Shown piece by piece: positions 34,529 to 48,219 of a DNA stretch of 64,000 bases; the stretch's first letter is position 1, and every line of letters starts with the position of its first letter. The stretch spans positions 64,914,001 to 64,978,000 of the forward strand of contig OX597814.1 in NCBI GenBank assembly GCA_951406725.2. The letters are read 5' to 3'. The notes below the pieces were generated by a model that saw only the letters and a program-made list of their open reading frames with translations, searched no databases and was not told where the DNA came from. A program made the translations under genes and the position numbers. The stretch is from Octopus vulgaris (lineage: Eukaryota).

Positions 34529-34905
34529 GTGGCGCTCCGTCGGTTACGACGACGAGGGTTCCAGTTGATCCGATCAACGGAACAGCCTGCTCATGAAATT
34601 AACGTGCAAGTGGCTGAGCAATCTACAGGCACATGTACGGTTGACGTAGTTCCGGGGAAATTCAGCGTGACACAGTGTGACAAAGCTGGCTCTTTCAAAT
34701 ACAGATACAACAAAAACAGGAAGAAAGAATGAGAGAAAGTTGTGATGAAAGAGTACAACAGGGTTCGCCCCACCCCCTACAGGAGCCTCGTGGATATTTA
34801 GGTGTTCTCGCTCAATAAACAATCACAACGCCCGGTCTGGGAATCGAAACCGTGGTCCTACGACCGCGAGTCCGTTGCCCTAACCCCTGGGCAATTGCGC
34901 CTCCA
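34527..34905 (-). mobile_element. tRNA-derived SINE (third family)
   Basis: Reverse complement ggcgcaattgcccaggggttagggc...ggtttcgattccc (A and B boxes) followed by a ~300-bp body. Confidence 0.75.
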
Positions 34906-35229
34906 TACACACATATATGTGTGTGTGTGCTTGTGTGTATGTATATACAAATGTCATTTTGCAGAAATTTTATTAATTCAAAGTTTAAACTACTTTTTCT
35001 CCCCTTTCCGTCTTCAGATTTTTACGTTATTAAAGCGGAACGACAAAGATGGCAGTGCAATATTAAATGCCTGCCTTCTGACGTATAGTCGATTCTATGT
35101 CCAAATATCACCATACCAGTAAAGATTGTGGAGATGATAAAATGAAATACATTAATTATAAAGTTCTGTATCTTTCTAACTTTTTATACATATGCACGCG
35201 CATGTGTTTCTCTTTTATCTTTTTTAACT

Positions 35230-35610
35230 TTTATTTGTTTCAGTCATCAGACTGCGGTCATGCTGGGGCACCACCTTGAAGAATGAATCCACCCCCAACG
35301 CTTATGTTTTAAAGCCTAATACTTATTCTATAGGACTCTTTTGCTGAACCATGACGTTACGGAGAGGTAAACACACAAACACTGGTTGCTAAGCAGTGGA
35401 TGGGTGGAAGTGGTTGTGGGGTTCAAACACACACACACACACACTCATACAAACATACACACGCTCACATATGTGTAAGATGGTTTACCGAAACCACTCA
35501 CAAAGTTTTGATTGCCTCAAGATTATAGTTGAAGACAATTATCCCAAATGCTACGCAGTAGGATTGAACCCGTAGTCATGTGGTTGAGAAGCAAACTACT
35601 AATGACAGCC
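35230..35610 (-). mobile_element. CORE-type SINE, degenerate
   Basis: Reverse complement homologous to 32940-33350. Confidence 0.75.
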
Positions 35611-35646
35611 AATATTATACAATATATATATATTGTATAGTATTGT

Positions 35647-35714
<68 letters not shown>

Positions 35715-35763
35715 TGTATGTATGTATGTATGTATGTATGTGTGTATGTCTATATATGTATAT

Positions 35764-35798
35764 ATTTCTGAAGGAGAGCATTGCTCGAAACGCTAAAT
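35764..35798 (+). ncRNA. Hammerhead-like motif, variant core
   Basis: CUGAAGG A GAGC auu GCUC GAAA CGC UA, located just after a (TATG)n tract. Confidence 0.4.
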
Positions 35799-35913
35799 CC
35801 TCTTTCCTGAGCGTCTGATAATACATTACTTGTACCACATCCTCGCGTTGTTGTTTTTTCATGTCAGTTCTTCTTTGTTTGGATTGACTATATATACATG
35901 TATGTATGTAGTG

Positions 35914-35944
<31 letters not shown>

Positions 35945-36138
35945 ATATTTCGGAATGGTCATATTGCCAGTTTAGCCAATAATATATATATATATATATA
36001 TAAAATGAGATAGGGGTTGAAAATTCAACCCACCATGGGATAATATATATCCAATATACTGCTAGATAGGTACCCAACAAAATTAATACATAGATGTTAG
36101 AAATTGTCAAGCAATCAGTTCATCTATTGTATTAAATG

Positions 36139-36830
36139 GGTAAGGGTAATAATATTACCGTAAATTAATAATACAAAATTAGAGAATGGAGAAACATACT
36201 TAAATCAATAAAACATCAACTATCCGATGATACTCAATCCATACTTTAATACACCATTACATAGGAGTAAAGGCAATATATAAAATGAAATGAGATATAC
36301 AGTAATAGTAAAAGTAAAGAGATAAAGAGATATAAGTAAAAAATTACAAATACAATATGCAAATAAATCAAAACTGACAGCTGTTTCGGCAGTGAGGACA
36401 GTCATACCTCATTTAACCTATAAGCCATAAAGGCAGGTATAAATGAGGCATTAACAAAGATGCCCCACGGCCTCTTCAGAGAATTAAATTAAATTTGTTA
36501 TAATAGTGAAAAATATTATATAATCATATACATATAAATATAAAAATAAAAATATAAAAAAGTAAAATATAAAAACTTATACATCATAATGCTACACTTG
36601 TATAATATAATACACATTTGTACAAAAAGGAAGGTAACCAGAACAAAATAAAACAAAATATATAACAGTGTATATATAATATTAATAAGTACCGATATCA
36701 TACATATTTAGCTAATAGTTTTTTTTATAAAAAAAGGGGGCTAACACATATGGAGATGAAAAATAATAATAATTAAATCCGTGGTACAGTTCATAAAATT
36801 CTAAAGCTATAAAAGTTAATAAAAATTACT

Positions 36831-36864
<34 letters not shown>

Positions 36865-37342
36865 GTAATAATAATAAAAAATAATAAAAATAGATACAGT
36901 TAAGTTATCACCAAGTCCATCCTTCCAAGATCGAAATAACTATGAGTTAAGAAATGCTGACCACTAGGTAAAGAAAATTTAGATTAATTCGATTGGCTAT
37001 TGGTTTGAAATTTAAATCACAAAAGAAAATTATACGGTTGGTTAGTCAGGGAACGCCAATATTCACACACGCATCTACAGATCAATCGCACATACACACA
37101 TAGTTATATGTATATACATACACTTGTACATATACATAATCATAAGCAACAACTAACACTTAGATAAACAAATAGGGAAGCAACCATGCTAACACTAAGT
37201 CCTTCAAAATTATAACTGAGCCTCAATAACAAAAAAAGAACCATCCATGCATTCTATAAAATATTTAATTAAAGTATGGATTGAGTATCATCGGATAGTT
37301 GATGTTTTATTGATTTAAGTATGTTTCTCCATTCTCTAATTT

Positions 37343-37347
<5 letters not shown>
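36139..37347 (-). mobile_element. Non-coding PLE-type element with 80-bp inverted repeat and a hammerhead
   Basis: Perfect inverted repeat 36171-36250 / 37268-37347. Hammerhead at 36374-36481. Right end abuts (TA)n. Confidence 0.7.
36374..36481 (-). ncRNA. Type-I hammerhead ribozyme with long stem II
   Basis: Reverse complement CU CUGAAGA GGC cGUGGGG...CCUCAUUUA...UAAAUGAGG...CCUCACu GCC GAAA CAGCUG UC AG. Core intact, palindromic stem III, short stem I. Confidence 0.75.
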
Positions 37348-37393
<46 letters not shown>

Positions 37394-37428
37394 TTATACA
37401 TATACATATATATGTATATATATGTACA

Positions 37429-37500
<72 letters not shown>

Positions 37501-38339
37501 TATCTGTATACATATATTTACTAACGAAGGAGCAGTGATGTATTGTAGAAAGTTCAATTATTATATAGCCTGTCATAGTGACGATTGGTTTCGCATCATA
37601 AATCGCTTAGGCTTTTAAACGACTTATTAGACTCCAAGGGCTGCGGACATGTAACCTGCTTTGAAACTGGATATAAGAAACTGTTACGGTCAGTTAATTT
37701 GTAAACATATATTAACTGAGCCTTAAACAGGACGGGTTATCGCTCTCAGATCCTTTCGGTCAACAAATTTTTTATGGTCCTACTCGATAAATGGGGTATC
37801 TCTGCCCTTAGGGTTGGTTCCAGTCCGCAATATTTTGTATTGCCATCATCTGCCTGCAGCAGAAAGGCCCTTGAAAACAATCTATTGACCGGGGGACCCT
37901 TCTCAACTCCAGAAACGAGATGTCTCATTTTAAACGCTACCTGCATTAGATATGGCGGTACTCATGATTGCACTCGATGATTTTAATGTAAACGTTGCTC
38001 ATTAGAATTTTTTCCAATACATTACGAAATTCGAGAAATATGTTCTCGTTTCATCGACTTATATACATCTTTCAATATGAAGTTTCTCTTTTACCGATGA
38101 CTTCTTTACACACAACAGACATTTTTTACTCATCATTTCAATTTCTCGATGTGCGTTTGAGGTCTTTACTAGAATCAGTGCAACAGACACGAAAACTTTC
38201 TTTTCTTTTCTTTTGGTGAATGTACTTTTATCGTCACCAATATTTTTCTCTATTTCTTCTCCACAGTTAATGACAATTTCGTACAGCCTGTCGGCTGAGA
38301 ATATACGTCTGCTTATGTAAATCTGAATGCGTGTACATA

Positions 38340-38376
<37 letters not shown>

Positions 38377-38381
<5 letters not shown>

Positions 38382-38875
38382 TAGAAAAAGACACCTTTTA
38401 TCAATTCAAAATGAACAATTGAATTACACCATCCAGAAAATTACATATAATAGAAATATTAACATTAAAATAACAATAAAATGTCAAAGATTAAGTAAAT
38501 TGCAAAAAAATAATAATATCAATAACTTATATAAATTGTAGAATAACGACACGTGTTTCGTGACTATATTTAAGAAGTCGTTATAGTGGTAGTGAAATCA
38601 CTTCGATATAAATATAGTCACTCATAGGGTTAAAAATAAACTAGAATAATAAAATAATTAATTAATAAATATACTTTATTTCTATTAAATCTATAGATAC
38701 TACACATGTATATTGATTATATGGTTAGCTTATTTAAGGAGTTTGTCTACATTTGAACCATTTCTTATTTTGATTACAATTTAATGACTTGTATTAGCTT
38801 CGTGTATTTTATTTCATTTGAAAGTATTTAATAATTTAAGTATTGTTTTAGTCTTCAATTATGTATATTTAGTAT

Positions 38876-38911
<36 letters not shown>

Positions 38912-39006
38912 GTATATTTATTAATTAATTATTTTATTATTCTAGTTTATTTTTAACCCGATGAGTGACTATATTTATATCGAAGTGATTTCTCTACCAC
39001 TATAAC
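38377..39006 (-). mobile_element. Non-coding PLE-type element with inverted partial pseudo-LTR
   Basis: Inverted repeat 38580-38678 / 38908-39006, hammerhead at 38544-38632, flanked by (TA)n. Confidence 0.7.
38544..38632 (-). ncRNA. Type-I hammerhead ribozyme, variant core
   Basis: Reverse complement UAAC CCUAUGA GUGACUAUAUUU...AAAUAUAGUCAC GAAA CACGUG UC GUUA, with 12-bp stem II and 4-bp stem I. The inverted partial copy near 38954 reads CCGAUGA. Confidence 0.7.
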
Positions 39007-39021
39007 TATGTATGTATATAT

Positions 39022-39078
<57 letters not shown>

Positions 39079-39266
39079 AAAATTAAGGGTAAAAATTGAT
39101 ATTAGTGAATTAAAACCAGTGGTCTAGCACATTAAAAAGAATCCGTGCTGAATTTGATCTTATTTTATTTGAGAACAAAATCTTTGTGGAGAATGGCGAT
39201 TTGACGTCTATATCTAGCATGTTGACTGTCCACTTTTTCGTGTTCAGTGGTATATATATATTAATT

Positions 39267-39390
<124 letters not shown>

Positions 39391-39400
39391 CATACATATA

Positions 39401-39489
<89 letters not shown>

Positions 39490-40908
39490 ATATTATTAGA
39501 GACAAAACCACTATTTTGCAAAACAAACAAGGAAAGACTTAATCAATACATAAAATTTTAATAAAAAGTCAAAAAAACCGCCACTACAATTGTTTCTTGT
39601 CCTGATCGACAATCTTCAGGTGGACTTCCAATCTAAAATATCAATATTTTAAAATATAAAATAATAATTTTAAAATAATTAAAGTATTAATGAAAAAATA
39701 TAAATATATAATCTATATATAACCTATATATAATCCATAAATAATCAATATATAAACAATATATAAACTAAAATAAACCTATCAACAATTAAATATAAAA
39801 TATAAAATATAAAACAAAACAAAAAATAAACTATATATATACCCATACACATATAACTAATTATATATAACCATATCTAAAAACATACACTAAATCACAC
39901 ACCTATATATATATCCCTATACATACACATAAAAACGTCTAGGCAACGATAAATAAATAAAATAGCCAAATACTTCAACACAATACTTATTCATACTCCC
40001 TCACACACACATACAACCCACATTCCCGCTCTAGAAACGGACATCATTTAAAATTATGAATGGAGAAATGGAACAAATGGAATTAAAAATTATATTCACT
40101 TGGTAAAACGAACACTACCTAAAAATTATGAATGAAACAATGCAATAAAACAACAGACATCGCAAATAGACACAAATTACTACGAATTCCTTAACAAAAC
40201 TACCATGATAAACTAAAACTCATAAAAACATATAATGATAAAATCTCCCTTTACTAAACTCTATAACATACCTATATAGCAATCCCCCTAACCTAAACAT
40301 TCACACACAAATACACACACGTAAACCACACACCCACGACATATACAAATACCCACCTCACTCACACATACCTATACATACATATAAACCTCAACATATA
40401 CTCCAAAAACCCACACAACCCCACACAGACAAATAAACACATACATCCCCAAACCTATATAGCAAACCCATAAACACATTCACACACAAATATACATACG
40501 TAAAACACACACCATATACATATACATACTCACCAAACTCGACATATACAACAATATTAACACACCCACACTCATACAGATAAACAAACTACACAACCAA
40601 AATACGCACACACTCACACACAATCCCACATACATAAACACTCCAAAGAAAAACAACATTATTACACATAATACGATATATAAAATACATCGTAAGTAAC
40701 CAGAATATCAAAAATAACAATATGACATAAGGAGAAATAATATACATACTTTCAAGTCAGTTTCAAATTATGAAGTGAAATTAAATTCTAAGCCGTTAAA
40801 AACATCAAACCAAAATTACGTTACCATAGGAACATAACTTATGTATAAAAAGAATACGCGCTATGGAAGCAAACGTCATTTAAAATTATGAATGGAGAAA
40901 TAGAATAA

Positions 40909-40910
<2 letters not shown>
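39490..40910 (-). mobile_element. ~1.4-kb non-coding element with a hammerhead near its 3' end
   Basis: Bounded by (TA)n and (TACA)n, with no ORF. Strongly A/C-skewed plus strand. Internal repeats include tcatttaaaattatgaatggagaaat at about 40043 and 40876. Confidence 0.65.
39581..39623 (-). ncRNA. Minimal type-I hammerhead ribozyme, intact
   Basis: Reverse complement CCAC CUGAAGA UUGUC gaucag GACAA GAAA CAAUUG UA GUGG. All three stems pair, the core is intact and the cleavage triplet is GUA. Confidence 0.88.
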
Positions 40911-40955
<45 letters not shown>

Positions 40956-41689
40956 CATATATATAGATATGTATGTATGTATATATATATATATATACAT
41001 ACACATGTATATGAGAATCTGAGTGTGTGTACATATGCATATCTATCTATCTAACGATCTATCAATCTATCTATATTTCTATCTATCTATCTATCTATCT
41101 ATGTATCTATCTATCTATCTCTCGTTATATATATATATATATATATATTGAGATACGTTACTAAGTTCAGGCTGTAAATACACTTCATTATTTGCATCAA
41201 CAAGTTATATTTTCCCCGTGGTTTTGGCAATAAAGTGATAAAGTGGGTGGCGTTTATTTTCCTAAAACCTTAACATTTCCACTTCAATTTTATTCACTAT
41301 AAACTTTATCTTCAATATCTTTCTTTTCTCCTAGATTTCTCCTAGAAAAATTGAGAAAGGGAGAGAGAAAAAGAAACAGATATATAACTTTGTTTTCGGT
41401 GTCATACAAGTTTTGATGTCTCTGGGTTTTTAAACAGTGAAACGAATTGTGCGGCGTACAAAAGTTTTAGGCAATACGTTAGTCTATGGAGGAAGGAAGA
41501 AAGTAACAGCACTTCAAACAGTAGGAGTTAGAATCATATCACAAGTCATTAAACTTATAATAAGCATTAAACTTTCTACTAGTATTTGATGCTGTAGTTA
41601 GTGTTCATTAATTTTTCTGTATAAAAGATACGCTTTTCTAATTTATGCATGTTTCTGTGTGCGTATATAGGTATTTACATGGTCCTAGT

Positions 41690-42357
41690 CGGTGGTGGCT
41701 CGTAGATAAAATTAGTGGGGGTGCTGTTTCAGAAAATTTTTAGCCGTTGTCTTAATATTGTGTAAAAGGAAACAACTATATACAAAGAATATTTATACAT
41801 AAACTTGATGGATGCGTGTTGTAGCCACTGCCGGGTAGTGTTTAATTTGTTCACTGAACACCGCCGTGAATTCCCCCTTGTTTTTCAAAAATCCCCGCTA
41901 TATGGAAAATAAGGGATGGGTGGAATCTATTCTATTTTTCAAATCCTGGCAGCAACACTGAAGCTGGAATCAAGATAATAATGGAATTCTACACTTTATC
42001 ACGTTCAAGAATATAAATACATTTTTAAGCACAACACACGCGGAGTCATAAAGGAACATTACCTTTCACTGGCACTGCGTGAACGACTGTGCTCTCTCTC
42101 CCTAGCGTGAAGCTTCCTATTTCGGACATGTGAGCATTTCGCACAACAGCCGAACTGTGAAGCGTACATTTCTATACAAGGATTTTTGTATTTTTTTTTC
42201 ATAAACTAGAGGATGGCTACCGACAAGGATTATATAATGTACAAGTATAAAGAAAGAATTAAAGACAAAAGGACTCATTATATTGAATGTTATCGTTAAT
42301 ACCGAATGGAAATAAAGGTGCTGCAGTTCCACAGTACCTATACACGAACCGCCACTG
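41690..42357. mobile_element. Non-autonomous hAT-type DNA transposon
   Basis: 8-bp TSD GTCCTAGT at 41682-41689 and 42358-42365. Imperfect TIRs cggtggtggctcgt versus cagtggcggttcgt (right end, reverse complement). Confidence 0.85.
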
Positions 42358-44069
42358 GTCCTAGTTGATCATATGTAAACTCAAGTTTACATATGATCCT
42401 TAATTCCTGACCATACTCCCTTGTAGAACTACGAATACTTAGATCAATGTTTTTGTATATTGTGAAGACGAAAGGTTGTTTTTAGATCCTATCTGACAGC
42501 TATTTCTCTCAGGTCGAATGACCACGTAGAGGATTCTAATTGTCAATATTTTCCATACTTTCTATTTGCCAGAATCTATGGTTATAAATTTTAATTATAT
42601 TTATCTTTCATCTCTTCCATTTCATGACTCATTGGAATATGTTTGTTTTCATCACCAAAATATTATTACTATATGAATTTATTTGTGAATTGAGCCTAGT
42701 ACACACGTAAAATAATTTATTGTCCCGAAGCGAAAAGAGTGAGTCCTTGTTCACCATAACAGACTAGTTTCAAGAATTTACTTCGTAATTTATTGCTTCA
42801 TTTCAAATCAAAACCTAACGAACATATCCTTATGTTGTAACCAATGTTAATCGTCGATCTCTCCCCTATAGTTACACGCTCTCCGCAGAATTTTAACAAT
42901 AATTATTTGTAATTAAGTCATAATGCCTCACAACCTCAGAGAGGAAGTACTGTCAATTAAATTAAAGTCAGTACCCGTCTGGTACTTAAGGAAAGCGGAA
43001 GCTAGAATCGACCTCAGCTTGATTTGCAAATCAAAATATGCAAGGCATTTTGGTCGGCTTTTCTATCGATTCTGCCATCAACCGACCTAGAAATAAAACA
43101 TCAAAACTATAAAAGAACATTGCATTCGTTAATAATGTGGCAAATGAATCGAATGATTTAACTTAATGTTTTGTATATTTCTTCTTTTTCAAAGATAGTT
43201 TATAAAATCTTTCCGCTAGCTACTTGACTTCTTCGTTCATATGAATTTATGATAAATTGCGTATGTACGTACGTACGTATGTATGTATGCATGTATGTAT
43301 GTATGTATGCATGTATGTATGTATGTATGTATATACGTATGTATGCATGTATGTATGTATGTATGCATTGATGTATGTATTATGTATGGTTGAACGTATA
43401 AATATACGTATGTTTCTTTGGGTGTAGGTATGTATTTATGTATGCAAGCATGAATGTATACATACACACACATACACTCATATATATCAGTACGGCTAAA
43501 TGTATTCATATACAAGCAAGTTTACACTCGCACACGTACACACACGCACACATACACACATATCACAGTGTATATGTTTGTGTATACATAGATATATAAA
43601 TATATATTTTTAAGACACATTCATACAAAAACACACACACACATACATACACACATACACACGCACACACGCACACATATATATATATACACGCGCTCAC
43701 ACAATGACACACACACACACACAAACATGCAGGCATAGGCTGTGTGTCTGTATATGTATATGCATCTAGATATATAGTTGGTATTAAATATGTATAGGGA
43801 GAAAGAACTCAATAAAAGAGGACGAAAATTCTACGATTACAAGATTTTTTGATTGACCTGTCGACAAGTTCTTATTTTTCATGACTATAAGAATTTAAGT
43901 CATCACTTTAAGTGATATACTGATCTTTGCCAGGTAACTTCTAATGGGGACCGCCTTCTCAATAAATATGAAGTATGATTTGTTCAAGTGAACTTAACTG
44001 TAATAAGGAAAGTAAGGAAATAGCAGATAATGATTTGAGAAAATAAAGATGTATTTTGGCGTTGCACAG

Positions 44070-44107
<38 letters not shown>

Positions 44108-44109
44108 CC

Positions 44110-44516
44110 TAGTGGATAGTGATTTTCTTCACTACATCAGGGAATGGCAATCCTACCTGACACGAGTCCCGGGCTCAGCTGGCTCCGGCTGACAGTGCCC
44201 GGTATGGGGCCCTATCCAGGGTTACGGAAAGGAGACAACCTTCAAAGAAATCCGGAGTGGAGCCCCGTAGGCGGTTTAGTGTTCGACTCGACACTCTTCC
44301 GGCAGCTCCTACAACCAAGCTGGTGCCAAACGTAATGCTCTGCACTCCTTTGGACTACGTCGGCAAAGTCGAGAGAGGAACCCTGACGATTGGGCTACCC
44401 ATGATTTTCTTACATCTAGCCCAGACTTGTGCAGAACTGGAGATGATATGAAACGTGAAAATCAGACTGGATTAGTTTATGCACAACTCCATTGTCTCCC
44501 GAGACAAAAGGATGGC

Positions 44517-44552
<36 letters not shown>
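44110..44552 (+). mobile_element. Non-coding RTE-tailed retroposon
   Basis: 3' end tccattgtctcccgagacaaaaggatg plus (CAA)n is identical to the RTE tail at 25895-25937. GC-rich body with no tRNA head. Confidence 0.8.
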
Positions 44553-44554
<2 letters not shown>

Positions 44555-44567
44555 ATACATCTATATC

Positions 44568-44920
<353 letters not shown>

Positions 44921-45169
44921 CACACGTATATACGAGTAAGATCTAGTTTATTCACCCCAACCACGTGCATTTACGACCAAAATAATGCGGCATATAAACT
45001 GATCGAAGTAAATAATATATATTTATACATAATTAAGGATAAAATCATCGTAAAGATTTCATCCAGTGGCGAGTATGTAATAAAAAACCATAAAGGTAAC
45101 AATACTAATTTATAATTATATAGACATAACTATAGTAAAATGGAGTAAAGCAAAATGGAGTAAGGCAAA

Positions 45170-46185
45170 AAGACCTTGATGCACCCACTCATTTTGCAAT
45201 ATACTTTGTTGTTGTGATGTCACACGCTTTTCAAAACTCCGAGGAGGGTATTTACATAAAATATCGAACAGCAAGGAATGTTTTTAATCTGACCAGACTG
45301 AAATTCAAAACAAAGATTTTTAAGTCACTCATGAAGGAACTCATACGCTGACGATTGCGATGTAGTCAGTCACTCTGAAATGTGCTTGCAATCTCTTGCA
45401 TCTGCATTTGACACATCTTGTGATGATTTTGGCTTGACCATCAACTTGAGAAAAACAGTTGCAATGTTTCAGCCTGCACGTGGTGCAACCCCCTAAAAGG
45501 GTAAGTTACTTGAGGTTGTTGACTCTTTTATTTACCTTGGAAGCTCTGTACAAAATGACCGAAATCTGAACACAGAAATACATCTACGAATTCAAAGGGC
45601 AGTCGAAGCATTTACGGGTTTGGAGTCATGCATTTGGCACAAACGTCATATAAATAACAACACAAAATTGGGTCTTTGCAAATCTTTTGCCTTACCATCC
45701 CCCTTGTATTCGACACATTTTAGACGTTAAATGCTATTTTTTACTCCAGACGAGATGGATGGCGAACAAAAGTGTGGAGTGGTTTGAAGGCGTTCGAGGA
45801 GCCCAGGATAACACATGCAAGACTCAAGAGAGATTTTAAAGAAGAAACTTCTGATCGAGAAGGTGAATCTTATTGAGCTGTTTGTGTGCACAGTTTGTGC
45901 CAGACCATGCCTTACATTTGCTGGGCTCGAATCTCATTTGAGGACCCATGAAAAACGAACCTCCACCAGCTATTCTGCCTATATATCTGTGCACTTCTTT
46001 CGATGCCATGTATGCCACAAGGTCTGCAATTATAACGGAGGTCTCAAAAAACATTTTAAGATACAAAAAATCAGAACTTAGCTGCAGCGCTTGGTGGTCC
46101 AAGATATGCAATCTATGTGAATGTCTTTTGAGTACAGTGTCTGGTTTAAAAAGACACATCAGACGCCATGATGAATCTAAAGTGT
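45170..46185 (+). mobile_element. RTE-clade LINE remnant: RT and C-terminal C2H2 zinc fingers
   Basis: YADDCDVVSHS...FGLTINLRKT...LEVVDSFIYLGS, then CTVCARPCLTFAGLESHLRTH, CHVCHKVCNYNGGLKKH and CNLCECLLSTVSGLKRHIRRH. Confidence 0.85.
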
Positions 46186-46234
46186 AGGTAGAAAAGGTGG
46201 TCAGACTTTGCATAAGAAGTAGACAATCTCCATG

Positions 46235-46268
<34 letters not shown>

Positions 46269-46427
46269 TGTATGTATGCATGGAAGCATGTATGTATATG
46301 TATATATACACTTATATGTATATATGTACATGTATGTATATATGTATGTGTATGTATATATGTCTATATATACATATATATATATATACATACACACACA
46401 CAGACATATATGTATATATATATATAT

Positions 46428-46885
46428 CATTGTTAACCTTCCTTCCACTAAGAAGCTACTAAGTTATCAGGAAGAAAGACTTGTTACAGATTTTGCTTGT
46501 TTCTTTTATATGGGGTCAGTTTTAATGTATAGACTAGTTTTATCAAATCCTTGTATATCTACGGCCGGTCTGTTAGGAAGGACAACAATGTTCTTTGTCT
46601 ATCTCCTTAAGTTCTTGGAAGTTTTAGGCAAAATTATAGTAAAATGTCCATCTGTTTTAATTTAATTAAATTCTATGTCTTTGTGCAGCTGATGAATGCT
46701 CTATATTTAAATTGATATAATGGTTTTATTGTTCAATTAAATAGAGTTGCGTGAAATGATCGTACTGCAATACCTCTGGATATCTTTGTTGTTCATTTTG
46801 ATTCTAATCACCTTATTTTGAAATTGCATGGATAATACCGTACTAAATACTGGTGCCTCAAATTAAGTACCATATTCATCTGAAT
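46428..46885 (+). mobile_element. PLE-type pseudo-LTR inserted in TA-rich repeats
   Basis: Non-coding segment between microsatellites, carrying a hammerhead about 115 nt from its 3' end. Confidence 0.65.
46684..46769 (+). ncRNA. Type-I hammerhead ribozyme, intact core
   Basis: UGCAG CUGAUGA AUG CUCUAU...AUAGAG uug CGU GAAA UGAUCG UA CUGCA: 5-bp stem I, long stem II, GUA triplet. Confidence 0.82.
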
Positions 46886-48173
46886 CTATATCTATATCTA
46901 TATGTATGTATGTATGTATTATGTATGTATATGTGTGTGTGTTTGCGCGTGCCTACGTGCTAGCATGTGTGTGTATCTTTTCGCTAATGCTTGTCCATAC
47001 TACTGTTTCACAACCGGTGTTTGTTTACAACCTGTAAGCCAGCTGTTCGGAAAAGCGACCACTAGACTGAGTATTAAATTGAAGCCAACTTTTTGTCTTT
47101 CAGCCTTGGAATCAAAATATTGTACCAGTTAAATATTGGGGTCTATATAATCGACTCTATGTCTCATTGAAATTATGTCTTTCTACTGTATTCTTCCTTT
47201 CGTTCGTACTTTGTCTTTCATTTCGTTCCGTTTATAATTTCTTTCATTTACTTCTTGGATGTGCCTTTTTAGCTAAACTAAGAATTCCCTTCACGCTCTT
47301 TTCCTTTCTTTGGAGTGCTCGTCTTCATTCTTCGTTTCTTTCCTCTTCCTCCGACAATCTTTATTCTCTCTTTCTATTTATTTAGAGAGGTATTTTTCTC
47401 TTTATCTTCTTCTGTCAATATATAAACTGGGTGGGGGTATTCCCCTACTTTCACACATCTTTTTATTTTCCGTTTTATTTCTTTTTCTATATTTAAGACC
47501 TTTGCTCCCGACACAATGTTTGTATTTGTCCGTGTGTAAATATGCAAGCGGGCACGGGATCTATGAATATGTGAGACAGAGTGTGTTAGTCGGTGTATTT
47601 ATGTGTAATCACAAGAAGAAAATTACACTTCTCTGACCGTCAGGGTTGGATTGGTCGGCTCACATATTTTTATTATTTCAGTCTTCACCACACAGCCGTA
47701 ACGTACTCTTCCTTCGGTTGCAATCAGCAAGAATGAAGTGTAAACCGTCAAAAGCTACACAGAAATTCAAACTCGCTTCTTTAAATAGACTGACTGTAGA
47801 TTATGTCTCATACATGGAAACACTCATAGGTGGAAACTACACAAACAAAAAAAGATATACACACGTGTTTACACATACACATACTCACATACACTTACGC
47901 ATTGATAAGAAATACGGTAAAATATCGACACAATCGTTAAAATTTTCACCGAATAGCATATATGTGGCTGTGCTTACAAATAGACACGCATACAAACATA
48001 TAAACATCCATCCCTGTACATACACACACATATAGACACAGATACCTCGATAAATAGATGCATCTATATAGCTGTCCCTCACGTTCTCTCAGACACTCTC
48101 TCTTTCTATCTATCTATATATATATATATACATACATATATACATATATACATATATGCATATATACATGTAT

Positions 48174-48206
<33 letters not shown>

Positions 48207-48219
48207 GGGAGAGAGAGAA

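Noticed and set aside
37590-38340. Possible PLE coding remnant (TIKNLLT)
   Set aside because: A single weak motif only.
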